A DNA stretch of 43,534 bases from positions 1-43,534 of IMG/VR virus record IMGVR_UViG_3300033475_000058, one strand, 5' to 3'. The translations under genes were made by a program, and so were the position numbers. Positions within the stretch are counted from its first letter, which is position 1. Every line of letters starts with the position of its first letter. Positions 27,796 through 36,356 of this stretch are shown here, piece by piece. The stretch comes from a virus (taxonomy: Duplodnaviria > Caudoviricetes). Under the pieces are notes generated by a model. The model ran no database searches, was not told the DNA's origin, and saw only the letters and a program-made list of their open reading frames with translations.

Positions 27796-28724
27796 TGGAA
27801 AAGCTCGTCCAAGAAACAGTCGATAAGCTGCGGGTGTGGCTCGACCACTTCAACAAGCCTGTGGTGCTTTGGAGTGGCGGTAAGGATTCGACCGCAATGC
27901 TTCACCTTATCCGTTTCAAGGTCGGTCGAAACATTCCTGTTGTCCAATGGAGGGAACCAAAATTTCGCCATCGGTACGCATTCTCCGACAAGTTGGTCAA
28001 AGAGTGGGGTCTGGAGATGTACGATTATGCCCCTTCGAAAGTCGCAATGACGGATGGGTACGATATTGATACCGACGAGGTTCGTTTCGACTTCCTGAAA
28101 TACTACCAGTGGGGAAAGCAGAGTGCATTGATTCTCTCTCTCGGCACCGAGCCTCCTAAAATCGGAGAGCCCTATCTCTGCGCGATCGACGATATTTTCG
28201 CGCGACCGACCGGTACGTTTAACTGGCCTTGGGACGCATGTTTTCATGGACAGAAGTCGGCAGATGTTGACCTCATAAAAGGCCAAGTCCCACTGAATCA
28301 GGACGCCAGATTTACCGCTGACTCTCCCACCCAGCTCTATCCGATGAAGGATTGGACGGACGAGGACATCTTCAACTATCTCGAGCGTGAAGGCGTGGAA
28401 ATGGACCCTACCCGTTACAAAAAGACGGATGGGGTATGGGGCCACGATCCCAACAAGTCATCGAATGCGGACTATTACCCGGTGTGCTGGAACTGCGTGA
28501 ATCGTCACGAAGGCCCAAGCGTCCATTGCCCCAAGCTGAAATGCCAAGTCAACAACATCAGCCACCTAGCCCCATACGAGGACATCGTGATACCGGAGCA
28601 GGGATTCCATCCGACGTGGAAGAATTCGACTGTCAACGGTGTGGGGCATGCTGTGCTTACAAATGGAGTTGGCCAATCCTCAGACGAGACCGAAGCGATA
28701 CTCTCGGAATCCCTCCCGAAATGA
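27795..28724 (+). CDS. PAPS-reductase-family (PP-loop) protein
   Basis: WSGGKDST, YPMKDWTDEDIFNYL, C-terminal CWNC...CPK. Confidence 0.8.
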   Translation: MEKLVQETVDKLRVWLDHFNKPVVLWSGGKDSTAMLHLIRFKVGRNIPVVQWREPKFRHRYAFSDKLVKEWGLEMYDYAPSKVAMTDGYDIDTDEVRFDFLKYYQWGKQSALILSLGTEPPKIGEPYLCAIDDIFARPTGTFNWPWDACFHGQKSADVDLIKGQVPLNQDARFTADSPTQLYPMKDWTDEDIFNYLEREGVEMDPTRYKKTDGVWGHDPNKSSNADYYPVCWNCVNRHEGPSVHCPKLKCQVNNISHLAPYEDIVIPEQGFHPTWKNSTVNGVGHAVLTNGVGQSSDETEAILSESLPK

Positions 28725-28897
28725 TCCGTGAAGACTACCCGCTCCTCAAAACGGAAAACCACCGATGCGTTGCTCTCCAAGGCGTTGTCGGTGAATTCGT
28801 GTCGTGCTCGATCTACCAAAATCGCCCCAACGCTTGCCAAAACTTTAAGCCAGGCTCTCCACTCTGCCTAGAGGCCAGAAAATCCAGAGGACTCTAA
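28616..28897 (+). CDS. YkgJ-family CxxCxxCC cysteine-cluster protein
   Basis: DCQRCGACC...RCVAL...CSIYQNRPNACQNF; GTG start at 28616. Confidence 0.8.
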   Translation: MEEFDCQRCGACCAYKWSWPILRRDRSDTLGIPPEMIREDYPLLKTENHRCVALQGVVGEFVSCSIYQNRPNACQNFKPGSPLCLEARKSRGL

Positions 28898-28899
28898 CC

Positions 28900-29397
28900 A
28901 TGCCATACGCACCATCAGTCAACGACACCAGCGGCCAGATTTTGGCCAACGGAATAACGGGCGCCGCGCAGACGAAACTCGCCGGAATCGAAGCGCTGGC
29001 AAACGGAATTGAAAGTGGGGCGTCTTCCGCAGCAGGCGGAATCGCCAAGGGATACGTCGATCACCGCGAACAGGCTCGCAAATACGACGCGCTGGCCGGC
29101 CAGCTTGACGCCCTGAAGGTCATTGCGCCCAAATATGGTATCTCGGACGACGACCTTGCTTCGCTCTATTCGGAAAAGAACCCAGACAAGGCCGCGGGAA
29201 AACTTTTGGTCTTGAACGATTACATCCAGAACGCAGCACAGGAACAGGCTGCGCAACGACGAGTTGAAGCGAATCTAGAATATCAGCGCCAGAAGGCGGC
29301 TTTGTGGGGACAAATGCAAGGATCGAAGCCAGTAAATCCCAACTACCAGCCGCTTCCGATTCCTGACCTTCCATCCGACATCGATACCTCTCAATAG
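28900..29397 (+). CDS. Putative ejection/internal virion protein
   Basis: MPYAPSVNDTSGQILANGI, helical, context. Confidence 0.55.
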   Translation: MPYAPSVNDTSGQILANGITGAAQTKLAGIEALANGIESGASSAAGGIAKGYVDHREQARKYDALAGQLDALKVIAPKYGISDDDLASLYSEKNPDKAAGKLLVLNDYIQNAAQEQAAQRRVEANLEYQRQKAALWGQMQGSKPVNPNYQPLPIPDLPSDIDTSQ

Positions 29398-29399
29398 CC

Positions 29400-30290
29400 A
29401 TGCCGACTCTCGACGAGCTTTCAGCGGCCATCGACCAGCAGGCCGCAAATCAACTTCCGACTGACGAGCTTCCGAATCCGGACGCTGACACGCCGGATCC
29501 AGATTCAGAACCGGTAGCAGCCGCACCGCAGACCTCTCCGCAAGAGGATGTGTCCGCTTCCGTTCAGTTGCCTCCGGTGACGAATCAGGCCGAATGGAAT
29601 GCGTTGCCTGCATGGCAAAAGGACATCTATCGGATGCACAAGCAAGGGATCACGTTGACCCAAGCTCAGGCCGGAAAGTACGCGATGAATTTCCTGAACT
29701 CCGAGCGGAACAAGCCGAAGACGTCGCAGGGCAAGATTCTCACCGACACCGCAACTCAGAAGTTGAACGCCCTACAACTCGTCGACCAGTCGCTGCCGAT
29801 GTTGAAGGCAGCTTACGACAAGATTCGGGATCGCGTGACCACGGGTCCGATCGGAAACAAGTTCGCTGGGAAAGACGCTCTCTACGATCCTGATTACAAC
29901 GATCTGAATTCACAGGTAAACCAGCTCGTCCCAATGCTGGCACGTGGTGTCTTTGGAGAGGTTGGCGTGCTCACTGACGAAGATGTGAGGCGATACGCAA
30001 ATCTCCTTCCGAACGCGGCTACAGATCCAAAGGTAGCAGATCGCCTTTTCGATACGCTCAAGCAAAAGCTGAAGATTGCAAAAAGGACGACCGTTAAGAC
30101 TTTCAAGGACGCCGGGTACAACGTGCAAGGGTTCGAGGACCTATTGAAGGACTCCGACGAACAGCCCTCAGTCGCTCAGGCTTCTCAACCAGCATCGCCG
30201 GCAGGCATCAAGGAAGGACAGACCGCTACAAATCCAAAAACCGGAGCGAAGATCGTTTATCGCTCTGGATCCTGGGTCCCCTTGCAATGA
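29400..30290 (+). CDS. Putative ejection protein
   Basis: GVLTDEDV motif; C-terminal EGQTATNPKTGAKIVYRSGSW. Confidence 0.6.
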   Translation: MPTLDELSAAIDQQAANQLPTDELPNPDADTPDPDSEPVAAAPQTSPQEDVSASVQLPPVTNQAEWNALPAWQKDIYRMHKQGITLTQAQAGKYAMNFLNSERNKPKTSQGKILTDTATQKLNALQLVDQSLPMLKAAYDKIRDRVTTGPIGNKFAGKDALYDPDYNDLNSQVNQLVPMLARGVFGEVGVLTDEDVRRYANLLPNAATDPKVADRLFDTLKQKLKIAKRTTVKTFKDAGYNVQGFEDLLKDSDEQPSVAQASQPASPAGIKEGQTATNPKTGAKIVYRSGSWVPLQ

Positions 30291-33200
30291 TCGCCGAACT
30301 TCCAGCGGGGTTTGAGCTGGATTCGGAAGAGCCAGCAGCGCAGGAGACGCAAGCATCAGCCTCAGCGACTCCCGTTCCGGATGGATTCGTCATCGACAAG
30401 GAAGAGGCGTCGCAAGCTCTCCCGGAGGGATTTGAACTGGAACCCGAGGATGTTTCTTTGGAGTCAAAATTCAAGTCTCCTGACTACATCCTGACCCCAC
30501 AGGAATTCAAAGCGTACCGGGACATTCAGGACGCGAAGACATTTTCAGAGAAGGCGAACGACCTAATTGGCGGAGTCATTGAAGGCGCGAATGGGCTTGC
30601 AAAAACCGCAGTTAATGCCGTGGATTCGGTCGTTCAGCACCCAATCGACACGCTTCAGAACGCACCGGCCACGATCGATCAAGGCGTGAGAAAGGGCGCT
30701 CTGAATGCCTACGCTCTCGGGAGAGATGTTCTCCGTACTGTCATTGACGAGGGGAATGCATCTGGAGCTATTCACGGCGGAATTCCTGTCGAACTCAGTG
30801 ATGAGGATGCCTACGCCAGATACGTGGCCGATAAGGGGTTTGCGCAGCAGCAGGCGAATCCAGACATGCCAATCACTTATGGGAAGCTCGGGACCGGCGC
30901 TTTGGGTCTTGGTTCAGATTCGACCGCCGAAGTTGCCGAGCCCATAGCGCCACAATCGAACATCGTCGCAATCGCGGCAGATCCTACTTCTTACATCCCG
31001 CTTGGAATTGGCGCGAAGGGAGGGCAAATTGTCCGGGGTGCCGCACGCACCGCGGTAGAGAAAACCGCAGCAGGGACCGAGGCGTTGGCAGGATTGGCCG
31101 AACGGGCCCGATCCGGAGTTTCCGACAGGATCACCGGAGCGATCGAATCCGCCACCGGTGTAAATCCCGCCGGTCAGGCATCCACAAGCGCGGTACTTGC
31201 TCCGCTCGCATACAGTGCAGGACTCGGGCCGGTCGCCAGTGCGATCACTGGCGTTCCGGCTGCATCCGCATTGGCCGGCGTAGTGCTTCGTCGCACCCGT
31301 GATGCTGCGGGAGTCGTAAAGCAGATCGCGATTGAGTCGAAATCACCGTTGGGCTCCTCTCGATTGGAAGATGCAGCCGCAAGCGGAATTGCGTCGAACA
31401 CAGCCATCCCGGAGCGTTACAGGGCTCAAATCGTCAACCCGACTGGAAACGTTCCTGAATCGACGCTTCGACGCGTGGCGAACAATCCGAATCTTGGGCC
31501 CGTCGTTCGAAAGGTTGCGGCTCTTGCTGACCGTCCCGGCGCAAGATTGACCTTTAACAGCCTTGCGGACGCCTTGGGAGGCGCAACGGAGGCTGGAGGC
31601 GTAAGTGCGGCTATAGCGGCCTTGTCGGGTCGTGATCCGGAGGAGATCGGGCAGGCTATCGGCGCCGGTTCTGTGCTCGGAGGAATTGGAGGTCTCGCAA
31701 AGGCTCCGCTCGGTTCCAGCAAGCAACGCATCCTCGATCAGGATGCCGACATTGCCCGCCTACTCATCGACACTCACCGATCAGGCGGAAACGTCGACGC
31801 CTTGGCACAGCGACCACATGACGAACTCGCGAAGCTGGCAGGCATCCAAGGTCTGTTCCAAACCTCGACCGACTTCATTCCGCTAACGGCTGCCGACTAT
31901 CACGACAATCTCAAGGCACTCAATCAAACTGGAGACATCGGTGCCGGTACGGCTGGCGTGTTCGTAGATCAGGCCGCAGGCCAGAGGCCGAGAATCTTCC
32001 TAAATCTTGACGATCCAAACGCAGTTCAGAATTTCGGACACGAATACGGGCACGCCCTGTTGAAATCGCCCGCTCTGGATGGAGCTCCACGTCTCGCCGC
32101 TCGAGACTGGATGAATCAGCTTTACGGTGAATCTGGTGTGAAATTGCGTGGCACGGAATACGCGCAAAAACTGGCGGCGGCAGAACTTGGGAAGACTCCA
32201 AAGCCGGAAGAGGTTCAAGCGAAATTCGATCAACTCGAAAGCGAGGGTCTGGCACGTGGTGAAATGCCGCTCGATTGGGCTAGGGACGAAATCTTTGCAG
32301 ACACCTTCCGAAAGGCTGGAGACGGCATAGACATCAACGCCATTCGCCGAGGATTGCCTAGGGGAGGGTTTCTGCCGAACTTTACCGAATCCATTCTTGG
32401 AGGGTACGCACGCGCCTTGGAGGGTCTTGGCATCAAAGTCGACCCTCAAACCGGCGCCGTGGCTGGAGACCTGTTCACAGACAACCCGCTCACGAACGAT
32501 TGGAAGGTGCGGAAACGCATCAAGGAATACACGCAGGCGCATCGTTCATGGCTGGAAGGAACAGCCAGAAGCGAACCGGAACCAAAGGGGACGCCTGTCG
32601 CCCCGTCCGGATCTCTCAAAGAGGTTGCGCGCTCGACTGGAGTAAAGCTCCGCGAGACGGCGCCAGGCGTGCGGGAAAACAATTTCTTTCGCGAGATCAA
32701 TGGGAAGCTGGAGGACAAGCCACAGAAGGAAATCGACCAGGCCGAACGCGCCCGGGAAATTCAGGTCAAGAACCTGGGTGCATCGAAAATTCTTCCCGCC
32801 AACTCTCCCGAATTTGGTCCGAAGACGATCGACGGAAAGCGCGTCGTCACCGGGAAGACACTTCCTCCGGCATTCGACTTCTACCAGTCGTTTCCACAAT
32901 GGCAGAGGAACGCAGCCAGGCACCTTGAGGCAGGCGCGACAACTGGAGACACGTTCACGGCCCTTTATCACGCCATTGGCACCGGACGCAGCGGAACCTA
33001 CAAGGTCAAGAACCGCGGCAATCTGCGAGCCATCCAGCGCGAAATTGCGTTCTTCAACTGGTCGGCCACGGACAAGGGAAACATCCTCGCTCACGTCCTC
33101 GACATCACGTCACTCCGCGCCAAGGCGTTGAAGGCTCTGAACGAGGGAAAACTAGGTCTGTTCGACAACGACCTTGCACAGTTTCAAAAGGACATCCTCC

Positions 33201-33463
33201 AGTATTTCGAGAATCACAAGAACAACGTGCCTGGGGAATACGGAATCGGCGTCGATAAGAAGAACGCCATCCAAGACATCATCCTAGGAAAGTTCGGGAA
33301 GAACAACCCGACCTCTGGAGACCTAGGAAAGGCTGGTGCAATCAGAACCTTCCGCCTTGATCGTCTGGAGGATCTGAACCCCACGGGCCGCAAGGGCTGG
33401 ACGTTCGACTACGACAAAACGAAATTCAACCGAATCCCCTCAATGCAAAACCCCGCCGAGTAG
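30287..33463 (+). CDS. Large ejection/DNA-transfer protein with HExxH motif
   Basis: 1058 aa; three N-terminal P.GF.(L/I)(D/E) repeats; Gly/Ala region; HEYGH...DEIFAD. Confidence 0.7.
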   Translation: MIAELPAGFELDSEEPAAQETQASASATPVPDGFVIDKEEASQALPEGFELEPEDVSLESKFKSPDYILTPQEFKAYRDIQDAKTFSEKANDLIGGVIEGANGLAKTAVNAVDSVVQHPIDTLQNAPATIDQGVRKGALNAYALGRDVLRTVIDEGNASGAIHGGIPVELSDEDAYARYVADKGFAQQQANPDMPITYGKLGTGALGLGSDSTAEVAEPIAPQSNIVAIAADPTSYIPLGIGAKGGQIVRGAARTAVEKTAAGTEALAGLAERARSGVSDRITGAIESATGVNPAGQASTSAVLAPLAYSAGLGPVASAITGVPAASALAGVVLRRTRDAAGVVKQIAIESKSPLGSSRLEDAAASGIASNTAIPERYRAQIVNPTGNVPESTLRRVANNPNLGPVVRKVAALADRPGARLTFNSLADALGGATEAGGVSAAIAALSGRDPEEIGQAIGAGSVLGGIGGLAKAPLGSSKQRILDQDADIARLLIDTHRSGGNVDALAQRPHDELAKLAGIQGLFQTSTDFIPLTAADYHDNLKALNQTGDIGAGTAGVFVDQAAGQRPRIFLNLDDPNAVQNFGHEYGHALLKSPALDGAPRLAARDWMNQLYGESGVKLRGTEYAQKLAAAELGKTPKPEEVQAKFDQLESEGLARGEMPLDWARDEIFADTFRKAGDGIDINAIRRGLPRGGFLPNFTESILGGYARALEGLGIKVDPQTGAVAGDLFTDNPLTNDWKVRKRIKEYTQAHRSWLEGTARSEPEPKGTPVAPSGSLKEVARSTGVKLRETAPGVRENNFFREINGKLEDKPQKEIDQAERAREIQVKNLGASKILPANSPEFGPKTIDGKRVVTGKTLPPAFDFYQSFPQWQRNAARHLEAGATTGDTFTALYHAIGTGRSGTYKVKNRGNLRAIQREIAFFNWSATDKGNILAHVLDITSLRAKALKALNEGKLGLFDNDLAQFQKDILQYFENHKNNVPGEYGIGVDKKNAIQDIILGKFGKNNPTSGDLGKAGAIRTFRLDRLEDLNPTGRKGWTFDYDKTKFNRIPSMQNPAE

Positions 33464-33486
33464 ACGGGGAATTGCGTTCGTCAGCT

Positions 33487-33548
33487 AGGCCGAAGCGTTG
33501 CGGAGTCCTGTGTGTTGCATCACTGGGCGCGCTGTAACACTTCGGCCT
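33487..33548. terminator. Long imperfect hairpin between convergent genes
   Basis: AGGCCGAAG...CTTCGGCCT outer stem with extended inner pairing. Confidence 0.5.
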
Positions 33549-33566
33549 TCCTGTGTCAATTCGGAT

Positions 33567-33938
33567 CTATCGGAATGACGTTTCGTAAACCGGCTCCATT
33601 CCGATGTAGCGGGTGATGTTTTTTGCGATCTCGTAGTCAGCGTCTGGGTATCGAAGGGTTTTGATTACACTTGCGGCCATCCGAGCATCAGAAGCTGTTT
33701 CATACTCTCCGCACTTTATCTGAGACGACTGAACCCCTGGGACCGTGTACAGGAAAAGGTAGTAAACATCCTTTTTGAGTGGGCGATACTTTACGGTTTC
33801 GGGCGTGTAAATGTCCGACCTAAGCTCCTTCGGAATTTCTGGTTGCGGCTCAAACCTGGGTGCAAACATCAGCATTCCGCAGCCAATAGCCATTGTTGCG
33901 GCAGCCAAGATCAAGAGTGTCGCGATGGGACTCTTCAT
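33567..33938 (-). CDS. Membrane-anchored/lipoprotein, possible SPOR-like domain
   Basis: Hydrophobic N-terminus with AIGC; IKCGEYETASDA. Confidence 0.6.
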   Translation of the reverse strand: MKSPIATLLILAAATMAIGCGMLMFAPRFEPQPEIPKELRSDIYTPETVKYRPLKKDVYYLFLYTVPGVQSSQIKCGEYETASDARMAASVIKTLRYPDADYEIAKNITRYIGMEPVYETSFR

Positions 33939-34046
33939 GGGTTCACCTCTCGCATGAGTCTCAGTTACGGTAAAGACCTGACAATCAAATAAGGGTTAAC
34001 GCGTGACAAAAAGGTATTACGCATTTATCAGGAACATCCCCTAGCC

Positions 34047-34145
34047 ATGAACACTCGTCACAAAATATCGTTGGCGCTGTCCTTGACGGCGATAATCGGC
34101 TCTATCGTTGCGATCCTCTACATGTTCTTTGGAGGTTACAAATGA
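34047..34145 (+). CDS. 32-aa single-TM peptide (not in ORF track)
   Basis: MNTRHKISLALSLTAIIGSIVAILYMFFGGYK. Confidence 0.4.
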   Translation: MNTRHKISLALSLTAIIGSIVAILYMFFGGYK

Positions 34146-34423
34146 GACTTCTCTTGCTTGCTCATGGCCTGTTTCAACTTGGCCATTCCGCTGCCCTTCA
34201 AGTCAGCGCTTTTGTGCTTTTGTGCTTTGCTTTTCTCCTTGAGCCTTTCAACGAATTCTTCAAGAGAAAGCGTCGTTGGTATTCCCATATTCTCGAAGTG
34301 CCTCTCGAGCAATCCAGAGATCAATTCTGAATCTTTCATGCCATTGGCAGAGCACCATTCCTGGGTTACCTCCTTGAGGTTTCCACGGATACTCAGATTC
34401 CATGTTTGGCGTTCGTTCCCCAT
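34136..34423 (-). CDS. Ribbon-helix-helix regulator (repressor candidate)
   Basis: TWNLSIR strand plus two helices; C-terminal extension. Confidence 0.7.
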   Translation of the reverse strand: MGNERQTWNLSIRGNLKEVTQEWCSANGMKDSELISGLLERHFENMGIPTTLSLEEFVERLKEKSKAQKHKSADLKGSGMAKLKQAMSKQEKSHL

Positions 34424-34430
34424 AAATTTG

Positions 34431-34532
34431 TGCGCAGCTTATGCGCATAGCAACAGAGTTGCTGCAAGAAAAATATAATTCTAGGAATATTTTTTCTTGC
34501 GATGTGCGCAAGAATTGCGCAATTTCTGCGCA
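34431..34532. promoter_or_regulatory. Divergent operator region with five TGCGCA boxes
   Basis: TGCGCA at 34431, 34442, 34505, 34516, 34527; central inverted repeat 34464-34500. Confidence 0.8.
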
Positions 34533-34702
34533 TGGCGAACACCAGTTATTCCCCTTGGAACCTCTCGGTGCGAAAAGACATCAAGGACAAGACGGATGCT
34601 TTTTGTAAACCGAAGAGAGGCTTGTCCCCGTCGGGGTTGGTCGAAAAACTTCTAGTCAAACACCTCCGCGCGAACGGCGTGGTTATCAAGGACGCGGAAT
34701 GA
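34532..34702 (+). CDS. Ribbon-helix-helix regulator (Cro-equivalent candidate)
   Basis: PWNLSVR..IK..C...GLSPSGLVEKLLVKHL, aligns with 34136-34423. Confidence 0.7.
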   Translation: MANTSYSPWNLSVRKDIKDKTDAFCKPKRGLSPSGLVEKLLVKHLRANGVVIKDAE

Positions 34703-34902
34703 GCGAGCCGACTTCACACGACGTTGCGCTAGCCATGATCCGGTTCGGATGCATGTTCGTTCAGAACCTTGGCCGATTGCTCGTCCACGCTGACGCCGAG
34801 AACGCGGCGAAAATTAAAGAGACCTGGCCTGACTACTGGACCGCTTACAGCAACCGCGTGCCCGGCGCCTGGGCGCCACGCAGAACCCTTGTGAGGGAAT
34901 AG
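34699..34902 (+). CDS. Conserved phage small protein
   Basis: AMIRFG.FVQNLG...AD.EN..KIKETWPDYW..Y. Confidence 0.7.
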   Translation: MSEPTSHDVALAMIRFGCMFVQNLGRLLVHADAENAAKIKETWPDYWTAYSNRVPGAWAPRRTLVRE

Positions 34903-34904
34903 GT

Positions 34905-35252
34905 ATGAGCGAAGTCATTCCAACCGTGGAGCACAACCAGAGGCTCATGCGCTTGTCCGATCTGGCAAAGTTCATGGGAGTTCCGAAGACGCTGCTCTAT
35001 GACGCAAAGTCAGCCGGGATGCCGTGCCCTGCCGGAAGGTCATGCCAATCTTGGGTGATGGAATGGCTCAGGGATAACCCGACTTTCATGCCTTCGGATT
35101 TTCGGAAAACGAAGTCTGTAGTGCACTCCCAAGATGAGCAACGTCGGGGGCAGACAGACGGGTGTAAACGTCATGAACGGTCTCCGAAGCATGTCCAACG
35201 TAAGCCATCGTCTGTTGTTTTGAACGCCCGGCCCTTGCTAGCCGCGTCGTAA
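34905..35252 (+). CDS. Excisionase-like HTH protein
   Basis: LMRLSDLAKFMGVPKTLLY...WLRDNP; adjacent to integrase. Confidence 0.55.
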   Translation: MSEVIPTVEHNQRLMRLSDLAKFMGVPKTLLYDAKSAGMPCPAGRSCQSWVMEWLRDNPTFMPSDFRKTKSVVHSQDEQRRGQTDGCKRHERSPKHVQRKPSSVVLNARPLLAAS

Positions 35253-36114
35253 CCGTGACTCGAGTAGAATGAAAACTCAGATCCTTCAATCCAAGCTTCC
35301 TAAAAAACTTCCACCACATCTTGGCGGGGGAGGGAGGAAAGTCCACCAGTACGGTCCGTCCTTCTTCAATGGCCACGACAGCAAGTTTGCGAACCTCAGG
35401 ATGGAGCGGGGCGGTGTGAACCTTCTTCTTGCTCGTCACGCTGACAACGTTGAGCGTCAGGTCAATATCGGCCAACGGAACCGCGGTGGCCGACAGCCTG
35501 AATCCCTGTGTCATTGCGACAATCCAAGAATCACGCATCCATTTCTTTGCGGTCGGAAGGGACAGAGCAGCCTCGACAATCTGCTGCTGACTTGTGGTGA
35601 TCTCCTTCTTTTTCTTTACGTTCCTTCGCTTGAGACCGAGACGCAAACACGGATTGGCCGCGATGATCTCTTGCCGGACGGCCTCCTGCATAATCACGGA
35701 AAGAACTTTGATTTCGGTGATCGCGGTGTTCCAGTTGCATGGCTTCAAAATCTTTTTGTCAACGCTCTCTCTCCACGTCGGGTAGGCTCGGCAGAGCTTG
35801 TATGTGACAACCTCGGGACCTCTGATGTCGTTCAGCTCAAGATAGCAGTCTATGGCCGTCCATGCGTTCGTATATCTCACCAAGGTATTTTCTTGGTAGG
35901 TGGTGCGTATCCAACTCGGAACCCAATCCCATCCCGATCCTTTCGACGGCCCGCTCAATTCCTTGGAGCACTCATCTGCCACAAGCTTTTTAATTTTTCG
36001 AAGAGCGTTCGGAGCGTCCTTTCGGATGAGGGTCGACTCTGGGACCCACTTCCCATTTCTTTTGACCTTAATGTAGTAGTAGCTGGAACCTTTCTTCTCG
36101 AAGTAGGAGGCCAT
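35086..36114 (-). CDS. int: Tyrosine integrase
   Basis: GFRLS (R), FHSTR (HxxR), VGH, VY; start taken at ATG 36114 downstream of attP. Confidence 0.9.
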   Translation of the reverse strand: MASYFEKKGSSYYYIKVKRNGKWVPESTLIRKDAPNALRKIKKLVADECSKELSGPSKGSGWDWVPSWIRTTYQENTLVRYTNAWTAIDCYLELNDIRGPEVVTYKLCRAYPTWRESVDKKILKPCNWNTAITEIKVLSVIMQEAVRQEIIAANPCLRLGLKRRNVKKKKEITTSQQQIVEAALSLPTAKKWMRDSWIVAMTQGFRLSATAVPLADIDLTLNVVSVTSKKKVHTAPLHPEVRKLAVVAIEEGRTVLVDFPPSPAKMWWKFFRKLGLKDLSFHSTRVTVTTRLARAGRSKQQTMAYVGHASETVHDVYTRLSAPDVAHLGSALQTSFSENPKA

Positions 36115-36172
36115 GTCTCTACGGATACACTCCCATTCATTCCCAAAATCCAGAATAAACGATTCTGGAGAT

Positions 36173-36340
36173 TTTGGTGCAATCTTTGGTGCAGTGGCTC
36201 GCGGAGCCTCTATTTTAGAAGGTGGCTGGAGAGGGAATCGAACCCCCGACACGATGCTTCTAGGGGAAATCTTCCCAAAAATACTCATAACAGTGTAGCA
36301 ACTCCAGCCATTCCCGTAGTTTTGGTGCAGCGTGGTGCAG
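36173..36340. repeat. Putative integrase arm-type sites (TGGTGCA x4)
   Basis: Pairs at 36173-36193 and 36321-36340 flanking the core. Confidence 0.65.
36221..36253 (-). other. attP core: 3' part of a tRNA gene (probably tRNA-Phe)
   Basis: Minus strand CGTGTCGGGGGTTCGATTCCCTCTCCAGCCACC = variable loop, T-arm, acceptor 3' strand; no 5' half. Confidence 0.8.
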
Positions 36341-36356
36341 CCTTGGAGGTAATGTC

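Noticed and set aside
27795-28724. cysH sulfate-assimilation AMG
   Set aside because: Lacks the C-terminal ECGLH motif; structural-operon context
36115-36288. 58-aa N-terminal extension of the integrase
   Set aside because: Spans the tRNA-derived core and arm sites; ATG 36114 gives a more typical start, though a split-by-integration isoform cannot be fully excluded
36221-36300. Complete tRNA gene
   Set aside because: Only the variable loop, T-arm and acceptor 3' strand are present; no D-arm or anticodon arm
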